NCBI GenBank assembly: GCA_964427615.1
Contig: CAYRUR010000003.1
Span: forward strand, 44,062-108,061
From: an uncultured Gammaproteobacteria bacterium
Lineage (GTDB): Bacteria; Patescibacteriota; Microgenomatia; Levybacterales; GWA1-39-11
Direction of reading: 5' to 3'
DNA length: 64,000 bases
Below, one piece after another: positions 1 to 7,313 of this stretch. Position 1 is the stretch's first letter, and the number at the start of each line of letters is the position of its first letter. The notes under the pieces are model-generated. The model did no database searches and was not told the DNA's origin. It worked only from the letters and a program-made list of their open reading frames with translations. The position numbers and the translations under genes were made by a program.

Positions 1-603
1 ATTGCCTATATCGGATTATTTGCTATCATTTTTGCTGAATCAGGTCTCTTGATTGGCTTTTTCTTACCTGGGGATAGTCTTCTTTTTACTGCCGGATTCT
101 TAGCTTCACAAGGACTGCTGGATATTTATATTCTAGTACCATTACTCTTTTTAGCAGCAGTATTGGGAGATAGCGCAGGCTATGCTTTTGGAGCCAAGGT
201 AGGAAAAAGACTTTTTCATAGAAAAGAATCTCTTCTTTTTCACAGACATAATTTAGAAAAAGCGCAGCAGTTCTATGAAAAACATGGAAAAAAGACCATC
301 ATTCTTGCTCGTTTTATGCCCGTTATTAGAACATTTGCGCCTATTGTTGCCGGAATCGGAGATATGAATTACAAGACGTTTATTACGTATAACGTTATTG
401 GAGGACTATTATGGGCAGTGTGTTTACCACTGGCTGGTTATTTCTTAGGAAGCTTAATTCCTAATGCAGATAAATATCTCCATTACATTATTGCGGTGAT
501 CATCTTTGTTTCTATATTGCCCCCAATAGTGCACGTTTTAAGAGAGAAGGAGAGCAGAGATAGTCTCATTAAATTAGCAAAACGCTTTGTACCTATAAAA
601 TAA
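1..603 (+). CDS. dedA: DedA/VTT family membrane protein (5' end outside window)
   Basis: Frame open from base 1 (IAYIGLFAIIFAESGLLIGFFLPGDSLLFTAG); motifs LARFMPVIRTFAPIVAG and FITYNVIGGLLWA. Confidence 0.92.
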   Translation: MAYIGLFAIIFAESGLLIGFFLPGDSLLFTAGFLASQGLLDIYILVPLLFLAAVLGDSAGYAFGAKVGKRLFHRKESLLFHRHNLEKAQQFYEKHGKKTIILARFMPVIRTFAPIVAGIGDMNYKTFITYNVIGGLLWAVCLPLAGYFLGSLIPNADKYLHYIIAVIIFVSILPPIVHVLREKESRDSLIKLAKRFVPIK

Positions 604-779
604 AAACTCCTAACCTCGTTTTATATTCTAAAACTTCATTTAGCTAAAATATTCTTAGATAGAAAATTGGAGAGAACTAAGCCGAAGGTTACTTGATATA
701 AAAAACTGTTGTGTAAACACACCCTTTGCGCTTGCAAAGACAGTTTTTTTATTTCTTTCATCCTCCGGCCCTGTGTCGG

Positions 780-953
780 CTATTCAACCCAAATATGTTC
801 GCAGGAGAGACATCTTTTGTAGGTTTTCCCGGTGCTTGGGTCATGTTCAAGGATTTCTTCCTCTGGATGCCCTCTTTTGTGACACTCCTGTCGTTTCTTG
901 AGAACCTCAGGATCTAATTCCTGCTTGGTTTCACTCACATCTGTAGAGCTCAT
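780..953 (-). CDS. small hypothetical protein with possible Zn-binding C/H...CxxC
   Basis: ATG at 953 preceded by GGAAGGAG; ECHKRGH...RCLSCEH. Confidence 0.55.
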   Translation of the reverse strand: MSSTDVSETKQELDPEVLKKRQECHKRGHPEEEILEHDPSTGKTYKRCLSCEHIWVE

Positions 954-1068
954 GCGTAACTCCTTCCAAAGAAACGAGTAAACCGACAATATTGGAAGAA
1001 ATTATACAAAATCAAAAACTAGAGAGCAATTTAAATGTAAATAAAGTATAAAAGTTTTTTCAAAACTC

Positions 1069-1150
1069 GTCATTCTGGGGAAGCTATGCGACTCCAGAAT
1101 CTGGAACGGAATAAAATTGATTCTGGATGCACTCCGTTTACCAGAATGAC
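1069..1150. repeat. REP/MITE-like palindromic element (GTCATTCTGG...CCAGAATGAC)
   Basis: 10-bp terminal inverted repeat plus internal CCAGAATC/GATTCTGG; related copies at 13318-13349 and 26093-26198. Confidence 0.75.
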
Positions 1151-1305
1151 AAAATTAAAAGAAGTTCTGAAATAAGGTGTAGTTTCTCGACTTAGCTCGA
1201 AACGTAAAGAAATATATTTTTCGACCAAGCGCAGTGCGTGGATAAAAACTACTATGCTTAATTAACTGTAACTCTGAAATATAAACAAAGTGAGAAGGAC
1301 GTAAT

Positions 1306-1956
1306 CTAATTAAATCGAAATTTGCGTACAAGCCCTACGACGATTCCCTGAATTTTTACATCTTTTGGATAAATGGGCTGCATAGTAGCGTTTGCTGGTT
1401 TTAGGACAACACGTCCGCTTTCTTTATAGAACCTTTTCAAAGTTGCTAAATTATCATCTACCAGTGCAACTACAATATCTCCGTCACTTGCTACTTCTGT
1501 TTTTTCTATGACTACATAATCTCCATCTAAAATGCCATCCTCTATCATAGAAGATCCTTTCACCTGTAACACGTAGGATGTCTTTTTACCGGAGATCATA
1601 GAGCTTGCAACATGAAAAGTAGCCTCAGGGTCAGAGTGAGGTTCTAGTGGACTGCCTGCTGCAATGTATCCCATGAGCGGAAGCGCAATAGAAGGGCCAA
1701 TTGCTGCCGGAGTAGCACCTATGAGGTTGCCAAGTGATTCTTTTTTGAGGATCTTGAGCGTTCTATTATTACCTTCTACTTTTTGTACATATCCTTTGTC
1801 TACTAATGATCTGATAAGCGCATGGATGGTAGAAGGACTTCTTCTATTCATAGCATCTGCCATTTCACGAAGAGTAGGAGAGTACCCATTTTGTTCTTGA
1901 AATTGGATGATGTAGTTGAGTAATTCGCGTTCTTTTTTATAGAGTACTGCTGGCAT
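1306..1956 (-). CDS. lexA: SOS transcriptional repressor LexA
   Basis: N-terminal wHTH (GYSPTLREMA), Ala-Gly cleavage site (IAAGSP), catalytic Ser (GSSM) and Lys (ATLKRF); ATG at 1956 preferred over the track start. Confidence 0.95.
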   Translation of the reverse strand: MPAVLYKKERELLNYIIQFQEQNGYSPTLREMADAMNRRSPSTIHALIRSLVDKGYVQKVEGNNRTLKILKKESLGNLIGATPAAIGPSIALPLMGYIAAGSPLEPHSDPEATFHVASSMISGKKTSYVLQVKGSSMIEDGILDGDYVVIEKTEVASDGDIVVALVDDNLATLKRFYKESGRVVLKPANATMQPIYPKDVKIQGIVVGLVRKFRFN

Positions 1957-1986
1957 AAGAGTAAATATTAGGAAAATTAGATATAA

Positions 1987-2022
1987 GAAAAATATACGAA
2001 ATATTCTTGAACATTTCAAGAT
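1987..2022. promoter_or_regulatory. candidate LexA operator array (GAA-N8 direct repeats) in the lexA promoter
   Basis: GAA at 1987, 1998, 2009 and GAT at 2020 (11-bp period); same pattern upstream of uvrA and dinB. Confidence 0.6.
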
Positions 2023-2209
2023 GACAAACTATAGCAGACTATATAAAAATTTAAGCGTTTAGGGATTAGATTATTATTTAATAGCTATTAACAGGTTGAA
2101 AAGTACTTTTGATTAAATTGATATACCTTGATTTTGTCAATGGTTTATCTTAAAATGCTTAAAGCCAGGTACTTTAGTAGTCGAAGTACGTCAAGAAAGG
2201 AGGCAAAAC

Positions 2210-2542
2210 ATGCGTGTTGTTGCCTTGAAGCGTAAGACTGTAAGCCTCATGCTGGTCTTGCTGCTTAGCACAATGATGCTTGCAGCTTCGGTATTACCAG
2301 CACAAGCTGCGGCATGTTTCTCAGGTCGAGGTTTTGGCTGGAGGAACGGACACCACTACGTGTGGTTTACGGTAAACATGTCAGCTTCTCACTGGGACGT
2401 CACCGAGCCCTGGTACGTTCCAAATGCACAGCTCTGGGCACATCCGAATGATTCTGGGTATGCTGAGGCTGGATTTTCCTGGCCTGATGGTGTACCTATA
2501 CCGTTCTCAGCGAGCAATTATCAGTTGTGTGGATGGTCATAG
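2210..2542 (+). CDS. secreted hypothetical protein
   Basis: Strong SD AAGGAGG; signal peptide ending PAQA; two Cys in the mature part. Confidence 0.75.
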   Translation: MRVVALKRKTVSLMLVLLLSTMMLAASVLPAQAAACFSGRGFGWRNGHHYVWFTVNMSASHWDVTEPWYVPNAQLWAHPNDSGYAEAGFSWPDGVPIPFSASNYQLCGWS

Positions 2543-2550
2543 CTCATTAG

Positions 2551-2586
2551 AGCGTAGTTCGTCGTAGTGGCGAATACTACGCTTTA
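2551..2586 (+). terminator. probable intrinsic terminator
   Basis: AGCGTAGT...ACTACGCT stem followed by short T run just after the stop codon. Confidence 0.5.
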
Positions 2587-2601
2587 AGGAGTATCTTATT
2601 G

Positions 2602-2673
2602 AGGTGACACCTTGTCATGCCTGGTTGGATTGGATAAAGGTCTTACTTAATCCTGTCCGACAAGGTGTCACCT
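2602..2673. repeat. 15-bp perfect inverted repeat / long hairpin
   Basis: AGGTGACACCTTGTC (2602-2616) and GACAAGGTGTCACCT (2659-2673). Confidence 0.7.
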
Positions 2674-2729
2674 TTCTCAGTATTTGACATAAGAGTTATG
2701 TTTAAGTATACTGGTTATGGAGCGAACAT

Positions 2730-2975
2730 ATGAAAACTAGTTTTAAACTAAAAATCACAGCTGGAATAGTCTTGCTGTTAGTGGCTGTAGCAAGTTTTGT
2801 GTTTAAAATTTATATTTGGGACTCTGCTAAATATACCTATTGTGTTACGCAATCTAGAGAAGAGTATCCAGAAAATACTGGTGCTCCTAGTGAAGAGCAA
2901 TTGACCTTTTTTGACGAATGTTACAAAAGTTTAAATGGACAAAAGACGATAGACCTTATATTTTCACGGAAATAA
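2730..2975 (+). CDS. small membrane-anchored hypothetical protein
   Basis: N-terminal hydrophobic helix; TTGACA...TATACT promoter-like sequence directly upstream. Confidence 0.65.
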   Translation: MKTSFKLKITAGIVLLLVAVASFVFKIYIWDSAKYTYCVTQSREEYPENTGAPSEEQLTFFDECYKSLNGQKTIDLIFSRK

Positions 2976-3124
2976 ACAAAGTTGCTTTATGTGTTTTTGA
3001 GATTGATACATCTGTAACTAAGGAAAGAGTTATACACCTCTTAATGCTAGTTTGACCTTCTATTTTCAATTTTCGTTTTTCGATTTACGATCTAAGATTT
3101 CACCGTATGGTACAATATGAGCGT

Positions 3125-5110
3125 ATGCAATTTGAATTAGCTTCTGATTTTAAGCCTACCGGAGATCAGCCTCAAGCGATAGAAAAGCTTGAGAAGGGTT
3201 TGCAGCAAAATGTAAGAGACCAAGTGTTGCTTGGTGTAACTGGTAGTGGAAAAACATTTACTATTGCCAATGTTATCCAAAAAATCCAAAAGCCAACGTT
3301 GGTTATTTCACACAACAAAACACTAGCTGCACAACTGTATCAAGAGTTGCGTGATTTTTTTCCAAATAATGCAGTCTCTTATTTTGTATCCTACTATGAC
3401 TATTACCAGCCAGAAGCCTATATTCCTACCACTGATACATACATTGCCAAAGAAACCCAAATTAATGAAGAGATTGATAAACTGCGCCTGGCTGCTACTA
3501 CAAATATTTTGACCAGAAATGACACCATTGTCGTTGCCTCAGTATCTGCAATCTACAATTTAGGATCTCCTGAAGAATATGGAAATCGTTTTATAGCCTT
3601 GCAGGCAGGTGAAGCAGTAAATAGAAAAGATCTTCTAGAACAATTCTTAGATCTCATGTACTCTCGAAATGATTATGACTTCAAAAGAGCAACATTTCGG
3701 GTAAAAGGTGAAGTGATAGAAATTTTTCCTGCGTATGAGGACACGGTAGTAAGACTCGTATTGGATGCTGATGTACTTTCCAAAATTCAAATTTTAGATC
3801 CCATGACAGGAGAAATACGTGAATCACGCGAGCGAGTGGTTATTTATCCGGCAAAACATTACATCACAGAACGTTCTGTGTATGACACTGTTTTTAAACA
3901 AATACGGCATGATTTACAACTAAGAGTGGAAGAGCTGCAAAAACAAGGAAAGATGCTTGAAGCAGATAGACTCATGAAAAGGACAGAGTATGATCTCAAG
4001 ATGATGAAGGAAATTGGGTATGTCAATGGTGTTGAAAATTATTCCCGGTATTTTGATGGGAGAAAACCAGGAGAAGCACCTCATTCTTTACTAGACTTTT
4101 TTGAAAAAGCTGCAGGTAAAGATTGGCTGTTGGTAGTGGATGAGTCTCATATGACAATTCCGCAAATCAGAGGGATGTATAACGGAGACAGAGCCAGAAA
4201 AGAGGTTTTGATTAATTATGGTTTTAGATTGCCTTCTGCGTATGACAATAGGCCTCTCACTTTTGATGAATTCAGAGAAAGGATACACAGAACTATGTAT
4301 GTAAGTGCTACTCCGGCTGATTGGGAACTACAGGCAAGCGGAGAAAAGAATGTCATAGAGCAACTCATTAGACCAACGGGAATTGTAGATCCAGAAATTG
4401 AGGTGAGGTCTACTGACGGACAAATTCCTAACTTAATAGAAGAAATTAGAAAAACAATAGCCAAACAACAACGAGTGTTGGTAACTACCCTTACCAAACG
4501 TATGGCAGAGGATTTATCTGCCTTTTTGGAAGAAAAAGAAATAAAAGTAAATTATCTGCATTCAGAGATAGATACACTTGCAAGACAGGATGTTTTGGAT
4601 GATTTGCGGGAGGGAAAATATGATGTGGTCGTGGGAATCAATTTGTTACGAGAAGGTCTTGACTTGCCTGAAGTAGGGCTGGTGGCAATACTTGATGCTG
4701 ATAAAGAAGGATTTTTAAGAAGTAGATCTTCTCTTATCCAGATCATGGGAAGAGGTGCCAGAAGAGTAGACTCACGAGTATTGCTGTATGCGGATACGGT
4801 TACTAGATCCATGAGAGAAGCTATTGATGAGGTTGAAAGAAGAAGAGAATATCAACTTGCATATAATGAAAAGCATGGCATTACACCAAAAACAATTGAG
4901 AAAAGAATTCGTGAGAAATTGATAGAAAGAAAAGAAGAAGTCTCAGATGATATCAAACCACTCCTGGACAAAGAAGTATTATTGCCAGATGATAGAGAGA
5001 AAGTAGTAAAACGTTTGCGCAAAGAAATGCAGGAAGCAGCAAAAGCACTCGATTTTGAGACGGCGGCACTCTTGAGAGATAAAATTAGGTATCTGCAACA
5101 AGGAAGGTGA
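3125..5110 (+). CDS. uvrB: excinuclease ABC subunit B
   Basis: PTGDQPQAI, GVTGSGKT, YFVSYYDYYQPEAY, DESH, C-terminal UVR motif (LDFETAALLRD). Confidence 0.98.
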   Translation: MQFELASDFKPTGDQPQAIEKLEKGLQQNVRDQVLLGVTGSGKTFTIANVIQKIQKPTLVISHNKTLAAQLYQELRDFFPNNAVSYFVSYYDYYQPEAYIPTTDTYIAKETQINEEIDKLRLAATTNILTRNDTIVVASVSAIYNLGSPEEYGNRFIALQAGEAVNRKDLLEQFLDLMYSRNDYDFKRATFRVKGEVIEIFPAYEDTVVRLVLDADVLSKIQILDPMTGEIRESRERVVIYPAKHYITERSVYDTVFKQIRHDLQLRVEELQKQGKMLEADRLMKRTEYDLKMMKEIGYVNGVENYSRYFDGRKPGEAPHSLLDFFEKAAGKDWLLVVDESHMTIPQIRGMYNGDRARKEVLINYGFRLPSAYDNRPLTFDEFRERIHRTMYVSATPADWELQASGEKNVIEQLIRPTGIVDPEIEVRSTDGQIPNLIEEIRKTIAKQQRVLVTTLTKRMAEDLSAFLEEKEIKVNYLHSEIDTLARQDVLDDLREGKYDVVVGINLLREGLDLPEVGLVAILDADKEGFLRSRSSLIQIMGRGARRVDSRVLLYADTVTRSMREAIDEVERRREYQLAYNEKHGITPKTIEKRIREKLIERKEEVSDDIKPLLDKEVLLPDDREKVVKRLRKEMQEAAKALDFETAALLRDKIRYLQQGR

Positions 5111-5118
5111 GAGATAAA

Positions 5119-5140
5119 CCCCCGCAAAAAGAAGCGGGGG
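5119..5140. terminator. hairpin between convergent genes
   Basis: CCCCCGC-8nt-GCGGGGG. Confidence 0.55.
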
Positions 5141-5159
5141 CGTAAGATTCATTTGTGTC

Positions 5160-5555
5160 TTACTCTGTTACTCTAAAGTCCATCCTCCCTTCTGGAAGTG
5201 TTTGTCCCCATACTCGTACACGATAACCAGATTCTTCCAGCTTTAAGATGTGTACCTCAATTTCTTGAGTGCCTATGATGGTTTCTATATGCACATAGAC
5301 GATGTTGCCGGATTCATCGTAGTACCTCATTCTTTTGCTGTGAGGATACCATTTTTCTTCTTCTTCCCGTACTGCATAGTCCGGAAGATGCTTCTCTTTC
5401 CTCGATGAAATTTTAAGACTATATGCTGGCAGATATGAGAGGTTCCTAAAAATGAACCATTCTTCTAACTCTTTTAGAGTAATATCTTCTGTAAGAAACA
5501 AATCTATCCAATTAGCAGGTGTAATGAAGATCTTGAACATTTCTTTCTCCTTCAT
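5160..5555 (-). CDS. hypothetical protein
   Basis: 131-aa ORF with its own sigma70-like promoter. Confidence 0.6.
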   Translation of the reverse strand: MKEKEMFKIFITPANWIDLFLTEDITLKELEEWFIFRNLSYLPAYSLKISSRKEKHLPDYAVREEEEKWYPHSKRMRYYDESGNIVYVHIETIIGTQEIEVHILKLEESGYRVRVWGQTLPEGRMDFRVTE

Positions 5556-5601
5556 TTACAAGGTGCCACGTTGTCTGTCGCAGTTGACAGATAGTAAATG
5601 T

Positions 5602-5630
5602 ATTATAACTCTGTAAAGTGAAGGTGACAA
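5602..5630 (-). promoter_or_regulatory. sigma70-type promoter
   Basis: Minus strand TTGTCA-17nt-TATAAT. Confidence 0.6.
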
Positions 5631-5850
5631 GAAACAGATAGGAATGGGGTATAATGCTTAGTTATTCAGTTAATAGGTTACGAGTTAATGAGTTAACGAG
5701 TTTATTGTTAGTATTAAGTATAGAACGAAAGTTAAAAGGCAAAATTAAAAAATCAAAAGTATCCATTCGACAAGCTCAGGATGCTGAGTTTACCGAAGCA
5801 CAATTAAAAAGTTAAAAGTTTGAAAACAAGCGTTTAGCGGTTAGGGTTGC

Positions 5851-5879
5851 GGAGCGAGTACGAATTTCGTACCCGCTCC
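5851..5879 (-). terminator. hairpin downstream of the 5912-6130 gene
   Basis: GGAGCG-AGTACGAA/TTCGTACC-CGCTCC stem. Confidence 0.45.
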
Positions 5880-5911
5880 AAGTTATCGCGTTGAGCTCTC
5901 CGTTAGTCTTG

Positions 5912-6130
5912 CTATTCTTCTTTCCATATTTTGTATATTAAATAGAGGGAAAAAAGAAGGGAAATAAGTCCCAGGGTAAGAAATTTTAACTGGAGTTCTC
6001 CAATTGAGAAAACTCCAACTGGGAAGGAAACGATGAAGGCTGCCTCTCGGTAAATTCTTTTTTTCGTGATCAGCCAAATAAGATAGAGGCCCAAAGCTAG
6101 ATCAAACGAGAATTGGAGCACTTCCAACAT
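5912..6130 (-). CDS. small multi-pass membrane protein
   Basis: 72 aa, mostly hydrophobic; upstream TTGAAA-16nt-TATAAT (6251-6224). Confidence 0.6.
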   Translation of the reverse strand: MLEVLQFSFDLALGLYLIWLITKKRIYREAAFIVSFPVGVFSIGELQLKFLTLGLISLLFSLYLIYKIWKEE

Positions 6131-6329
6131 GTTTTTCTCTCTTTCCTCGAGAAACTCACAGAGACCCCTTCCGCCATTGGAAAAAGCTGTGAGTTCTAGT
6201 CAACTCAATGTGCGATAGTCTGTATTATACAAAAAAATGTCTGAATTTCAATACTATGAGACGTATGTTGTTGAAGATAAATAAAAAATGAGAATGAGTG
6301 TGGAGATTACGTTCTAAGATGAGTTAGAG

Positions 6330-6989
6330 TTACTCTTGCAGACGATAATAGGTTTCGTATAACCTTGCTGTTTGTATCAGTCCTTCACGAGGGAAATCTG
6401 CTGGGGGTGGAATATGTATGTGAAAAGGTGATGATGGATGATCTACATTTTTGACAATTGTTTCCAATGTAAGTATGCCAGAAGGGTCTTCTGTTTGTAG
6501 CTCTCGTAATAGTTCTTGTAGAGTTTTAGGACCATTTTGTGGAATTTGATAAAAGTGAGGATGGACTCCATTTTTGTGATATGGATAAGCAGATAGATCT
6601 ATCATGGTGGAAAAATCTTTTATACTTCTGTTATCCTCTGGTAGCGTTGATGCCACAAGGAGTCCCATGAGTCTTCTTCCTCCGAGAGATGCCTGATTTA
6701 GGGCGGTATGGTTTAGTCTTCGTTTTGATGTAGGTATATCTTCAACCCCAATTTCTTGTATTGCTCGTAAGTCAGTGTAAGTAAGTGCAGCTGAGGCTTC
6801 TAATAAGGAAGATCCATTTTGCACACCATGACTTATAAAAGGAAGTACCCTATCTCTATTGTTGTGTATTTCTTCTATAATTTCAGAAAACTTTTTTTGG
6901 ATATACTCTTTTCCTTCCCGAACTTCTTCTTCAGAAAACTCATCTTTTTCAGGATAATGAGAATATGGTTCATCAGATTCAATAGACAT
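6330..6989 (-). CDS. hypothetical protein
   Basis: About 220-aa ORF divergent from uvrA; no recognised motif. Confidence 0.65.
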   Translation of the reverse strand: MSIESDEPYSHYPEKDEFSEEEVREGKEYIQKKFSEIIEEIHNNRDRVLPFISHGVQNGSSLLEASAALTYTDLRAIQEIGVEDIPTSKRRLNHTALNQASLGGRRLMGLLVASTLPEDNRSIKDFSTMIDLSAYPYHKNGVHPHFYQIPQNGPKTLQELLRELQTEDPSGILTLETIVKNVDHPSSPFHIHIPPPADFPREGLIQTARLYETYYRLQE

Positions 6990-7015
6990 ATTACTATTTA
7001 ACAAATATCTTTTTT

Positions 7016-7076
7016 GAACAATGTGAGAAGTTGATAAGAATTATGATTGAATTTTTACCTCATTTTAGGCTATAAT
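7016..7076 (+). promoter_or_regulatory. probable uvrA promoter overlapped by a GAA-N8 array (candidate LexA operator)
   Basis: GAA at 7016, 7027, 7038, 7049; TTGAAT (7047) -18nt- TATAAT (7071). Confidence 0.6.
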
Positions 7077-7099
7077 AGTACACTTTGGGGAAAAGCGAT

Positions 7100-7302
7100 G
7101 AATGAGTTAATGAGTGGCGCGTTAAAGAGTTAACGAGTTGAATTTTAGTATGAAGTATTAAGTATGGCAAGAAGAGTGTAGCAGTTTGACTTAAAATACT
7201 TACTGCTTAATACTAATTTAGATTTAAGATTTTTGAAAAAAGAGCTTTACAAACTTTATAACTTTGTAAACTCTTTAACCCGTTAACTCGTAACTCGTTA
7301 AC
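7100..7302. repeat. mosaic of degenerate 7-nt tandem repeats in nested inverted arrangement
   Basis: GAGTTAA-type and AAGTATT-type runs followed by AATACTT-type and TTAACTC-type runs. Confidence 0.6.
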
Positions 7303-7313
7303 TAATAAAAATT

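Noticed and set aside
3050-3105. TTC repeats upstream of uvrB as a LexA array
   Set aside because: Spacing is about 7 nt, not 11; fits the heptamer-repeat class instead.
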